Below are positions 31,187-40,810 of a stretch of DNA of 64,000 nucleotides, piece after piece. The position numbers and the translations under genes are program-made. The DNA is taken from NCBI GenBank assembly GCA_964464605.1, contig CAYXJN010000003.1:62001-126000 (forward strand). Reading direction: 5' to 3'. Every line of letters starts with the position of its first letter. Within the stretch, counting starts at the first letter, position 1. The notes below the pieces were generated by a model, which searched no databases, was not told the origin of the DNA, and saw only the letters and a program-made list of their open reading frames with translations. This DNA comes from an uncultured Ignavibacteriales bacterium (GTDB lineage Bacteria; Zixibacteria; MSB-5A5; GN15; FEB-12).

Positions 31187-31358
31187 AGAACAGAGTAAGT
31201 ATAGGGAGACAACAGGTTGCGCGTACATAAGAAAAAGGGATGTTTGGCCAAGTTTTTGCACGGATGGTGACATGAAATCCCCATTTCCCGTTTTAGTTGA
31301 CCCAAGCGGTAACCTTCTGTTAGCATTGCGGGTAAAAGCTCCAATGACACACCCTACC

Positions 31359-31757
31359 ATGCTACGCACATTCATCCGCTATCATTTGCCGGTTATTCTG
31401 TATGCCGGCGCCATTCTTACAATATCCTCTATTTCCTATTTACCCGCCCCCAAAATCGGATTGTTACGGGCCGACAGCCTGGTGCATTTTCTCGAATACG
31501 CTATTTTTGCGTTTTTACTTTTCAGATCGATTTCACACATTTCGCCGAAACTGCGTCTTACTACTGCGGCCTTGCTCACGCTTTTGGCGCTCTCATTATT
31601 TGCCGTAGCCGATGAGTACCTGCAGAGCTTCATACCGGGACGGACTTCGGATGTCTACGACGTACTGGCCGATCTGGCCGGAGGCAGCGCGGTAGTTTTA
31701 CTCTTATTACTGATATATTCAAGAAAAGTTAAGACTGACAAGAAGTTAGAGCCCTGA
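31359..31757 (+). CDS. VanZ-family membrane protein
   Basis: DSLVHFLEYA, DEYLQSFIPGRTSDVYDVLAD; alternative start at 31344. Confidence 0.88.
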   Translation: MLRTFIRYHLPVILYAGAILTISSISYLPAPKIGLLRADSLVHFLEYAIFAFLLFRSISHISPKLRLTTAALLTLLALSLFAVADEYLQSFIPGRTSDVYDVLADLAGGSAVVLLLLLIYSRKVKTDKKLEP

Positions 31758-31785
31758 TTTTTTGGTATGTGCCGATGAGTTTGCC

Positions 31786-31814
31786 TTGACAAGGAATCGA
31801 TGAAATTCTATATT
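31786..31814 (+). promoter_or_regulatory. Sigma70 promoter of the large surface-protein gene
   Basis: TTGACA-N17-TATATT. Confidence 0.75.
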
Positions 31815-32041
31815 TTGTTTGTCTTACCAAATAAAACAAAGAGCCGACTGTTAGTCGTCTTGTAATTGTCTGACTACTACAGAATTACGAATGGTTGTGG
31901 CATTTCATTAATGTGGAGTTATGCTGTCTGCTTCGCAGTTTAACAAACAACTGGAAGTTCTGAATCTTTACGTATCGCGTACTACTTACAGCAAATTTTA
32001 GAATGAACATATTTAGAAACAACCCTGAACGGAGATCAAAC

Positions 32042-35000
32042 ATGACAAAAAGAATTTTGTCTCTCCTCATGCTGGTTGCCGCCTTGTTTGTTACAAGCGG
32101 CCACGCGCAGAGTGTAGATCCCAATGCCATTGTGCGGCTTTCCACTGTAAGCCCGCTCCATGGTACTGACACATTGGAAGTCGGACAGTTAATCAACTTC
32201 CGTATCACGTATACGAACAACACTGCAACCGCCATCTTAGGTGCGTCAACCGGGTTTCAGGTTTATTCTCCGACCGGCGCCACATGGGATACGACCATAA
32301 TGACCAATCTCGGTACGATTACCGGTGGCACAGGCGGTATGTGGGACGGCGGTATTTTCGCAAACCACTTCAGTGCCGATGGTATGGGCGCTGATACGGT
32401 TGGTTTCGGCGGATACTCTATTTTCGGAACGGGTGTCGCTCCCGGTTTCACCGGTGAAGTGGTAAACATTCAGATCGGACCGATTCCGGCAGAATTCCAC
32501 GGCGGAACAATCTGCCTTGATTCATCCTTCTATCGCCCGACCAACGAATGGGTATGGAGCGATGAAGGTGCCGGTTACTACCCGGTATGGGATGGACCGC
32601 ACTGCTATACGATTTTTGATCCGAATGCTCCGTCCGGCGCAAACCTTGTCGTTACTCCGGATACATTGAATTTCTCAGCAACCGAAGGTGGTTCGAATCC
32701 TGCTGCTCAGGCGATTTCAATTACCTCTGACGGCACCCCGCTCAATATCTCCTCTATTACTGATGATCAAGGGTGGCTTTCCGTCGCACCGACCAGCGGT
32801 ACCACTCCGTTGAATCCGAGCGCTTCGATTAACATTACCGGTCTTCCCGCCGGTAATTATTCTGCAACTATTACCGTTAACTCTCCCGACGCACAGAATT
32901 CACCGCAGACCGTCATTGTGAATTTGACCGTCGCCGCTGCGCCGATTTCTAATTTGATCGTCGCTCCGGACAGCCTCGCGTTTACGGCGCAAGAAGGTGG
33001 CTCAAATCCGGCTGCGCAGTCGCTCACTATTACGTCTGATAATGCAGTGCTTAATTTCAATGTGAATGATGACCAGCCGTGGATCAGCTTTGCGCCGCCG
33101 CAGGGTCAGACTCCGAACGCAGTCAACATTTCCGTTGACATTACCGGTTTACCAGATGGCGTCTATGTCGGCAGCGTGACGATTGCATCTGCTGAAGCCG
33201 ACAATTCCCCGGTCGTTGTACCGGTTACGCTGACTATCACGGCTGCACCGTCTAATATTAGCTTTGAACCGACCACGATAAACTTTAATGCAGTCGCTGG
33301 CGGACCGGCTCCCGATGATCAGACAGTCGATGTTACATCCGACAACGACCCCCTGACGTTCACGGTTACCGACACTATCATCAATGGTCTTGTTGATTGG
33401 ATTTCGGTTACCCCGACCAGTGGTACGACTCCTCAAACACTTACTATTCATGCCGATCCTACAGGCCTGACACCGGGATTCTACGAAGCAAACGTGTACT
33501 TCGATGCCCCGGGCGCTGCCAACAATGGTTTAAGCACTCTCTATGTGAGCATGTTCGTTGCAGAAGCCAGCGAACCGATTATCACAAATGTTAATCCTAA
33601 CTCTACGTGCGCACCAAACAGCGGCACCGAAACAGTTACGCTTTCGATTACTGCGGTAAACACTACCTTCACAAGTGGTGTAGACTCTGTCCATCTCGTC
33701 GGTGGTACGACTATCGCAGGCACCAATATCAATGTCGTTGATGACACCCATCTCTCTGCCGATTTCGAAATCGCGGCCGGAACTTCCGGTGCCTTTGCCC
33801 TTTCAGTTTGGGGTAACGGCGGCGACGCAACTTTAGCCTCTGCCTTTACAGTTAATGCCCCTTCCGATCTTATTGTCGATCCGGGAACACTTGCGTTCTC
33901 ATATACTATTGGTGATCCGGCCCCGGCATCACAATCGTTTGATATCTCTGCGGTCGGCTCAGCAGTCAACTTCACCATCAGCGGTTTTGACGATTGGTAT
34001 AACCTGTCGGCATCCTCTGGTACGACCCCCGCGACTGTCAACGTGACCATCAATCCGACTGGTCTTGACGTCGGTGACTATACCGACACAATCACTGTCA
34101 GCGGTGGCTGCACCACCGGCGATGAGATCGTCATCATTACTCTCACGGTTAATCCTCCGCCACCCGGCGAATTGGTGTTAACTCCGAGCGCGCTTAATTT
34201 CAGCGCGACCGAAGGCGGCAGCAACCCGGGCGATCAGTTTGTCAATCTGACCTCATCTGATGGTTCGACGCTCGACTGGTCACTGGCTCACACAGCTACC
34301 TGGTCAACTCTGGGTGCAACCAGCGGCAATACACCGGAATCTGTTTCAGTTTCCGTTGATATTACCGGTCTGACGGCTGGAACATATGTCGATACGATCG
34401 TAGCTACCTCTGCGACCGCGTCGAATGACCCGCTTACTACGTTTGTAACATTGACAGTCTCACCTGACCTTGGCGAGAACTCTCTCGTGGTCGGTACGGC
34501 TCCTGCCGTTCCGGGTGCTTCGATTGTTGTGCCGGTCAATTTCACGAATGGCTGCGACTTTGTCGGCGCTTCCTTTGGTTTGGAATGGTCTTCTGAATAC
34601 CTGACGCTGGATGAAGTTTCATTCACCGGCTCACGTGTTGAAGGTCTGACTACCAAGAATGCCGTTATCGATAATGGCGCCAATACGGTGTACTTCACCT
34701 TGGAGGCTGCTGATGTTTCCGAATATGTAGCACCCGGCTCCGGTTTGTTAGCCAGCCTGACCTTTACGGTTTCTCCGATGGCTGTCCCGGGTTCATATTC
34801 AATCGATATCTACACCAGCGGCGATACGTCAACACTGCCTTTCATCGTTGATTGCGGTGAAGGTCCGGTGGCAATCATTCCGGCCATGACTGCCGGTTCA
34901 GTTGTCGTTGATGAACAGGCGAACTTCACCTGCGGTTACGTCGTTGATAACAACGGTGACCCGATTGAAGGCGCTACCGTTGAACTCTGGGCTGACTTCC

Positions 35001-36658
35001 CGTTTGGCTCCCCTGCCTACACGACGACTACCGATCCGACGGGATATTACAGCTTCTCTGAATTCAGCATCAATCCGTTTGATCTCTATGCCTATAAAGA
35101 CGGCTACTACCCGGATAAAGAAGAAAACCTGAACTATGGTTGCTATGGCACCTTGTTGACCCTGCACCCGCTTCAGACCATCACCCCGACCTTTGAATGG
35201 GTGAACTTCTACTGCGGCAGCAATACCTATATGGATGCTCCGCTCCCGGTCGGTTCAGTCATCGAAGCAATGGATCCGAACGGCGTTCTCTGCGGACGCT
35301 GGGTTGTGACCGTAGCCGGTAAATACGGCTTTATGCCGGTCTACCGCGACGATCCGTTCTCCGAAGGTGTAGACGAAGGTGCCGAACCGGGCGACAACAT
35401 CGCGTTCTATGTGAACGGTGTGCTGGCTACCGCGAACGGTGCTACTACCTGGACTCAGAATGGTGATGCGTTTGAAGTTTGTCTTGATGCCGGCAACGCC
35501 GCGGTCAAGACCTGCGCACTCGAAGCCGGCTGGAATTTAGTCAGCTGGAATCTCGACACTGAATCTGATGAACTTGAAGCAGTTCTCGCTTCCCTCGGTG
35601 ATAATGTCGAGCTCGTTATGGGCTTTGAAGAGGGTGGTTTGACCTATGATCCTGCCCTCCCCGATTTCTCGACACTCTGGACGGTCGATCATTTCAGCGG
35701 CTACTGGATCAAGCTGACCGAAGCTGCGACACTTGAAATTACCGGTATGTCGGTTCCGACTACGACCCCGATTCCGGTCACCGCCGGTTGGAACCTGGTT
35801 TCCTACCTGCCGGAAGACACCCGTATGGTTGAAGAAGCACTTGCTTCACTCGATGGTAACTTGCTCGTCGCCCTCGGTTACGAAGGCGCCGGCTTGGTAT
35901 ATCAGCCGGGTCAGGGTGACTTTAATACCCTCGAAGAGCTGATGGCCTGCCACGGTTACTGGGTTAAAGTTGCTCAGGATGCCGATCTCGTTTACGACGG
36001 TATGGAAATGTCAGCCACCAAGCATGAAGTCATCGCGTCACACGCTTCAGCGAAGAACGCTCAGGGCATTACGCCGACCCGCGCTTGGGTGAACATGTAC
36101 AGCCGTAATTTGACCCTCGATGGTCAGACGGTTGGCGCCGGTGTGGAAGTTTCCGCTTACGCGCTTGACGGTACCAAGATCGGTTCCTTCAGCATGAAAG
36201 AAAGCGGCAAGTTCGGATTTATGCCGGTCTATGCTGATGATGAAACCACCGGTGAAGTTGAAGGCGTCAAACGCGGCGAACAGTTTACCATAAGCGTAAA
36301 CGGCGTTGCCACGAACGAAACCTTCACCTGGGCTCAGAACGGTGACAAGATCGAAATCAGCGCTTTGACTGCGAAATCTACCGGCTCTTCATTGCCGAAG
36401 AACTTCGCACTGAACCAGAACTATCCGAATCCGTTCAATCCGAAGACCCGGATTTCCTTCTCATTGCCGAACGCTTCTGAATACAAACTGGCGATCTACA
36501 ACATCACCGGTCAGAAAGTTCATGAAGTCAGCGGCAAGGGCGTTGAAGGCTTGAATGAATTGGATTGGGACGCCACTCAGCAGGCTTCCGGTGTTTACTT
36601 CTACCGCCTGACTGCCGGTGCGTACTCTGATACGAAGAAGATGACGTTCCTGAAATAA
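32042..36658 (+). CDS. Large T9SS-CTD surface protein: BACON-like repeats, Ig-like, cohesin-like and carboxypeptidase-regulatory-like domains
   Basis: GGAG SD, signal peptide, five LxxxPxxLxF...P..Q repeats, cohesin-like VVPV..GLEW..GSGLLASLTFTV, C-terminal LNQNYPNPFNP..SGVYFYRL..KKMTFLK. Confidence 0.88.
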   Translation: MTKRILSLLMLVAALFVTSGHAQSVDPNAIVRLSTVSPLHGTDTLEVGQLINFRITYTNNTATAILGASTGFQVYSPTGATWDTTIMTNLGTITGGTGGMWDGGIFANHFSADGMGADTVGFGGYSIFGTGVAPGFTGEVVNIQIGPIPAEFHGGTICLDSSFYRPTNEWVWSDEGAGYYPVWDGPHCYTIFDPNAPSGANLVVTPDTLNFSATEGGSNPAAQAISITSDGTPLNISSITDDQGWLSVAPTSGTTPLNPSASINITGLPAGNYSATITVNSPDAQNSPQTVIVNLTVAAAPISNLIVAPDSLAFTAQEGGSNPAAQSLTITSDNAVLNFNVNDDQPWISFAPPQGQTPNAVNISVDITGLPDGVYVGSVTIASAEADNSPVVVPVTLTITAAPSNISFEPTTINFNAVAGGPAPDDQTVDVTSDNDPLTFTVTDTIINGLVDWISVTPTSGTTPQTLTIHADPTGLTPGFYEANVYFDAPGAANNGLSTLYVSMFVAEASEPIITNVNPNSTCAPNSGTETVTLSITAVNTTFTSGVDSVHLVGGTTIAGTNINVVDDTHLSADFEIAAGTSGAFALSVWGNGGDATLASAFTVNAPSDLIVDPGTLAFSYTIGDPAPASQSFDISAVGSAVNFTISGFDDWYNLSASSGTTPATVNVTINPTGLDVGDYTDTITVSGGCTTGDEIVIITLTVNPPPPGELVLTPSALNFSATEGGSNPGDQFVNLTSSDGSTLDWSLAHTATWSTLGATSGNTPESVSVSVDITGLTAGTYVDTIVATSATASNDPLTTFVTLTVSPDLGENSLVVGTAPAVPGASIVVPVNFTNGCDFVGASFGLEWSSEYLTLDEVSFTGSRVEGLTTKNAVIDNGANTVYFTLEAADVSEYVAPGSGLLASLTFTVSPMAVPGSYSIDIYTSGDTSTLPFIVDCGEGPVAIIPAMTAGSVVVDEQANFTCGYVVDNNGDPIEGATVELWADFPFGSPAYTTTTDPTGYYSFSEFSINPFDLYAYKDGYYPDKEENLNYGCYGTLLTLHPLQTITPTFEWVNFYCGSNTYMDAPLPVGSVIEAMDPNGVLCGRWVVTVAGKYGFMPVYRDDPFSEGVDEGAEPGDNIAFYVNGVLATANGATTWTQNGDAFEVCLDAGNAAVKTCALEAGWNLVSWNLDTESDELEAVLASLGDNVELVMGFEEGGLTYDPALPDFSTLWTVDHFSGYWIKLTEAATLEITGMSVPTTTPIPVTAGWNLVSYLPEDTRMVEEALASLDGNLLVALGYEGAGLVYQPGQGDFNTLEELMACHGYWVKVAQDADLVYDGMEMSATKHEVIASHASAKNAQGITPTRAWVNMYSRNLTLDGQTVGAGVEVSAYALDGTKIGSFSMKESGKFGFMPVYADDETTGEVEGVKRGEQFTISVNGVATNETFTWAQNGDKIEISALTAKSTGSSLPKNFALNQNYPNPFNPKTRISFSLPNASEYKLAIYNITGQKVHEVSGKGVEGLNELDWDATQQASGVYFYRLTAGAYSDTKKMTFLK
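32642..34461 (+). repeat. Five ~100-aa BACON-like protein repeats (coordinates approximate)
   Basis: LVVTPDTLNFSATEGGSNP / LIVAPDSLAFTAQEGGSNP / ISFEPTTINFNAVAGGPAP / LIVDPGTLAFSYTIGDPAP / LVLTPSALNFSATEGGSNP. Confidence 0.8.
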
Positions 36659-36695
36659 GCGTCAGCTTTTTCAAAAAGACATTTGCGACTTGGAC

Positions 36696-36723
36696 GTCCG
36701 GCCGGTTATCATACCGGCCGGAC
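36696..36723 (+). other. Strong intergenic hairpin (mRNA stabiliser or attenuator)
   Basis: GTCCGGCCGGT-TATCAT-ACCGGCCGGAC with no U-tract. Confidence 0.6.
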
Positions 36724-36748
36724 GTGTTATAACGGAAAGGTTAGAGTA

Positions 36749-37774
36749 GTGATAAAAAAAGTGACCAGACTTGTGTGTATGGCCGTTGTGATCTGCCTGA
36801 TTCGACCGGTGTTTGCCTGTCACCATGACAATGTCCAATTCACTACGCCCAGCTGGACCTCGTTTAAAAGCAATCTGACTACCTACAATGGGCAACCCGT
36901 TCCTGTCTGGTCGATCATAGATGCCTATGATAACGACGGCGTACATTGCGGCCGGGATACGGTCGGTACTGCCGGCCTGTACGGCTTTATGAGTGTGTAC
37001 GGTGATGACGGCACGACGGCCGGAACTGACGAAGGCGCCAATACCGGTGATTCGATTACTTTTTTCATCAACTGCCGTCCGGCGATTGCTACCGGAGATG
37101 TCATCTGGCAGGATTTAACGCAAAAAGATGCGCATCTCTCGGCGACGGCAACTCTTGCTATCGCCTCAGTCACCAACCCGAACGACACAATTGCTGCTCC
37201 GGGTGACACCGTTCGTTTCAAAGCCCGCGTACAGAATACCGGTAACGGACTCGATTTCTATTTAGCTTCCGGTTCGACAGATTTGGGATGGTCATTCATT
37301 CCGCCCACAACTATTACCTATGCTGATGCCGGTGAATCAGTCGATGTCTTTTTCGACGTCGCCCTTCCGGTTTTCCCCGGCCCGGACGACACAATTGCCG
37401 TTGCGACCTTCAAAATCTATTCAGCTATCGACTCAACTGTTTTCGTGACCGACCAGGTAACAATTGTGAACTCGGTCACTGATGTTCCGGATGATCGCGG
37501 TACTTTACCGGCGTTTTTCTCGCTGAAGCAGAATTACCCGAATCCGTTCAATCCGACGACCACTATCGCCTTCAGTCTTGACAGTCGTTCTGACGTCAAA
37601 CTGGAAGTGTACAACGTCCTCGGACAAGCGGTGATGAATGAATCACTCGGTTCCTATGCCGCCGGTGAGCATTCCTATTCGTTCGACGGCGCCGGATTGC
37701 CGAGCGGTGTCTATTTCTATCGTCTGACGACCTCTATGGGAACGCAGACCAAGAAAATGACGCTGTTGAAGTAA
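36749..37774 (+). CDS. Secreted T9SS-CTD protein sharing a repeat module with the upstream surface protein
   Basis: Signal peptide, GLYGFMSVYGDD module, LKQNYPNPFNP..SGVYFYRL..KKMTLLK; start uncertain (36749-36779). Confidence 0.82.
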   Translation: MIKKVTRLVCMAVVICLIRPVFACHHDNVQFTTPSWTSFKSNLTTYNGQPVPVWSIIDAYDNDGVHCGRDTVGTAGLYGFMSVYGDDGTTAGTDEGANTGDSITFFINCRPAIATGDVIWQDLTQKDAHLSATATLAIASVTNPNDTIAAPGDTVRFKARVQNTGNGLDFYLASGSTDLGWSFIPPTTITYADAGESVDVFFDVALPVFPGPDDTIAVATFKIYSAIDSTVFVTDQVTIVNSVTDVPDDRGTLPAFFSLKQNYPNPFNPTTTIAFSLDSRSDVKLEVYNVLGQAVMNESLGSYAAGEHSYSFDGAGLPSGVYFYRLTTSMGTQTKKMTLLK

Positions 37775-37797
37775 GCTGACTGAGCGAAAGTTTGTGT

Positions 37798-37827
37798 AAA
37801 AGCCCCGGTAAATCGGGGCTTTTTTTT
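37798..37827 (+). terminator. Intrinsic terminator
   Basis: AAAAGCCCCG-GTAAAT-CGGGGCTTTT plus T-run. Confidence 0.88.
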
Positions 37828-37943
37828 CATTGTGCCGACACCGAGGAAACTGGATATTCCGGCTCCGGATACCGTCCTGCCAGTCAATACCAAGTACGGG
37901 ACGAGTGCCTACAAAACGACAGACCAAAAGAAAGAATACCGAG

Positions 37944-38945
37944 TTGCCTCTACAGTACAAAATAGCCGCCAAATCCGACAAAGGATTAGTCCGACCAATT
38001 AACGAAGATTCTCTCCACGTAGATAAAGCCAACCATGTCTTTGCGGTCTGCGACGGCATGGGCGGCCATCAAGCCGGAGAAGTCGCCTCGCAATCGGCAT
38101 CACGTACACTTACCGCTACTTTCACGACTTTGAGCAAGGGGCTTGAACAGGATGTTGCTCTGAACCTGGGAAGAACGCTTCCCACCAGCGGTGATTTATT
38201 GGTTCGGGGAATCCGGTTAGCCAATCGCACGATTCATACCCTTTCGGAAACGAATCAGGGAATGTCGGGCATGGGAACGACGATTGTGGCAATTGCGCTT
38301 GAAAACGACATGATGTCTATCGCGCATGTCGGTGACAGCCGCGCATACAAAATAGACGAAAAACAATTAACCCCGCTGACAATCGATCACTCATGGGTTT
38401 CCGAAATGCAGCAGCAGCATCAACTGACGCGCGAAGAAGCATCATCGGTTGTTGGGAAAAATATCATTACCCGCGCGCTCGGCGTAAAACAGACCGTCGA
38501 AGTCGATTATCGCTTGCTGAAAATTCGCAGTGGCGACCTATTTTTGCTCTGCTCCGACGGACTCTGCGGCTACGCGGATGATGAAGAAATTTTCGATGCC
38601 GTTAAACATCACCGCGACAATATCGACAAAATGGCCGATCAATTGGTACAAATGGCCAACGAACGGGGCGGGTCGGACAATGTGTCGGTTATTATCGTAA
38701 AAATTGTCGAAGCGCCGGAGTCTTCTATTCCGGAACTCTCGGTGTTCACGCTTCCCGCCGAATCACCCGAAACACTGCAGGCTGAAGACCTTTGGATTGA
38801 ACGGATGACGCAGATGGAAGAAGCGCAAGAGGCCGAAGCAGAAGCCGGGGCCAGCAAACCAAGAACTTTGCTGCTGATAATGATTTTCGTGCTTTTCATC
38901 GCTGCGGCTGCGGCAATAGTCTATTTTTCCGCCGGTAAACCGTAA
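37944..38945 (+). CDS. PP2C/Stp1-family Ser/Thr phosphatase with C-terminal TM
   Basis: SDKGLVRPINED, VCDGMGGH..GEVAS, GMGTT, HVGDSRAY, LCSDGL, GGSDNVS; start TTG inferred. Confidence 0.92.
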   Translation: MPLQYKIAAKSDKGLVRPINEDSLHVDKANHVFAVCDGMGGHQAGEVASQSASRTLTATFTTLSKGLEQDVALNLGRTLPTSGDLLVRGIRLANRTIHTLSETNQGMSGMGTTIVAIALENDMMSIAHVGDSRAYKIDEKQLTPLTIDHSWVSEMQQQHQLTREEASSVVGKNIITRALGVKQTVEVDYRLLKIRSGDLFLLCSDGLCGYADDEEIFDAVKHHRDNIDKMADQLVQMANERGGSDNVSVIIVKIVEAPESSIPELSVFTLPAESPETLQAEDLWIERMTQMEEAQEAEAEAGASKPRTLLLIMIFVLFIAAAAAIVYFSAGKP

Positions 38946-38976
38946 CCTATTTCGAATTTTCCCAATCAGAGAAAAC

Positions 38977-39005
38977 TTGACACTCCGGTCTGTAAGGGGT
39001 AGTTT
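38977..39005 (+). promoter_or_regulatory. Sigma70 promoter of tRNA-Arg
   Basis: TTGACA-N17-TAGTTT. Confidence 0.65.
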
Positions 39006-39028
39006 TGCAGTTCAACCCTCGTTGAAAT

Positions 39029-39102
<74 letters not shown>

Positions 39103-39215
39103 TTATGAAATTAATTTTGATGAGGACAAGCAGGTGTCACGAAGTCAAAATATTTCCTCTCGCAACTATCGTTAATGTCGCCAGTCCGATTCAAAAATCG
39201 AAACGGAATCTACCG

Positions 39216-40784
39216 ATGCACCAAGTAGCGTGGTTATTAGTACTATCACTCCTCATAGGCGTACGTGCAACTGCATCGGTAGTTGATGACTCGAAATTTT
39301 CTCATTCTCTCAAACGATCGAAATGGATTGGCGGCAGAATACTGACCATTCCGGATACCGCCATACATTTCCTCCCTGATCTTGACAGCAGCGAAAAAAA
39401 AACAATCGAACAAATTGCTGATGCCATTGCAACGGAAAAACTCCCGCTTGCCGATTCACTGCTCAGACAGTTGGAACGGAAACGGCATTCTTCGCCGACA
39501 GTTGCGTTTTACCGAGGGAATTATGCGTATGTTACACGACAATTTATAGCGGCGCTCGGTGAGTTTGATCGAAGCAGAAAACTACTGCCCAATTTTGCCC
39601 GCGCATGGAATAATCGCGGTGTTGTACTTGTGCAATTGCAGCGATTGGAAGAATCTATCGCATCTTACGATTCAGCGCTTGTTTATGACCGCCGGCTTCC
39701 CACCGTTTGGTTTAATAAGGGTTCAGCTTTATTTATGTCTCTCCGTCTTGAAGAAGCACTGATATGTTTCGATACATCTATTCAGTTGAATGCAAAAAAC
39801 GAAGAAGCCTGGTGTTATCGCGGCTTGACATTGCTGGAATTAGGACGTTTACCAGAAGCAATCAGTAATTTGGATACTGCAGTTTGGCTTGCTCCGCAAA
39901 TTGCGCAGATGTGGACAAACCGCGGTCTTATCTTTTCTGAGATGGGTGACAATAATAGCGCACTAAGGGATTACGAAAAATCATGCAAACTTGCGCCGGG
40001 TGACCCTGAACCATGGTATAATCGCGCACTTATATACCAGGAACAGGGAAAACTGCAGCTGTCACTGGCTGCTTTCGATTCTGCTATTACAAAACAACGG
40101 GATGAACCTGATGCCTGGCGTTATCGTGCAGAACTTCTTTCAGAAATGGGGCGTCAAACAGACGCACTGGCAAGCTGTGATTCTGCTATTCACTATGCGC
40201 CAAAATATGCGCCAGCGTGGACAAGTAAAGCGCAGTTGCTCGACATCTACGGATATTTACCGGAGGCGCTGGCCTGTATCGATTCGGCGGTTTCGTACGA
40301 TAGAAAAGATCATTGGCTTTGGACAAATCGCGCGATGCTTCTTTTGCAGGGTGGATGGTTCTGGATGGCAATGAGCAGTTGTGACTCCGCGCTTGCCCTG
40401 GAACCAACCTATGCAGAAGCTTGGTTCATGCGCGCGAACGCGTGGGATATGCTTGAAGCTCCCGGTAAAGCTATCTCAGATTACGATTCCGCCCTGTACT
40501 ATAAGCCCGGCTTTGCTGATGCATGGAATAATCGGGCTTATGATCTCGCTCAACTTGGTCGACTTGAAGAGGCACTCCGAAACTATGATTCAGCGATTCA
40601 CTATATGCCCGCTTTGGTAGAAGCATGGGCAGGTCAGGCAAAAGTTCTCATCGACATGAAAGATTATCAAGAAGCGCTCATATGCCTTGATTCGGCATCT
40701 CGGTATCCAATCGAAGACAGTCTAACGATCAATCAAATTAACAACCTACGGGCAACGGCAAAGCGAAAATTGCAAAAGAAATAG
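39216..40784 (+). CDS. Exported tetratricopeptide-repeat protein (~12 TPRs)
   Basis: Signal-like N-terminus (MHQVAWLLVL...), AWNNRG / AWxxRA / EEA..YDSAL repeats. Confidence 0.88.
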   Translation: MHQVAWLLVLSLLIGVRATASVVDDSKFSHSLKRSKWIGGRILTIPDTAIHFLPDLDSSEKKTIEQIADAIATEKLPLADSLLRQLERKRHSSPTVAFYRGNYAYVTRQFIAALGEFDRSRKLLPNFARAWNNRGVVLVQLQRLEESIASYDSALVYDRRLPTVWFNKGSALFMSLRLEEALICFDTSIQLNAKNEEAWCYRGLTLLELGRLPEAISNLDTAVWLAPQIAQMWTNRGLIFSEMGDNNSALRDYEKSCKLAPGDPEPWYNRALIYQEQGKLQLSLAAFDSAITKQRDEPDAWRYRAELLSEMGRQTDALASCDSAIHYAPKYAPAWTSKAQLLDIYGYLPEALACIDSAVSYDRKDHWLWTNRAMLLLQGGWFWMAMSSCDSALALEPTYAEAWFMRANAWDMLEAPGKAISDYDSALYYKPGFADAWNNRAYDLAQLGRLEEALRNYDSAIHYMPALVEAWAGQAKVLIDMKDYQEALICLDSASRYPIEDSLTINQINNLRATAKRKLQKK

Positions 40785-40810
40785 TCTATATCTGCAAAGT
40801 TTGGCTTTAC

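Noticed and set aside
31050..31375. Long overlapping N-terminal extensions of tilS and vanZ
   Set aside because: The divergent genes would overlap; recognisable homology starts at 31186 (tilS) and about 31359 (vanZ).
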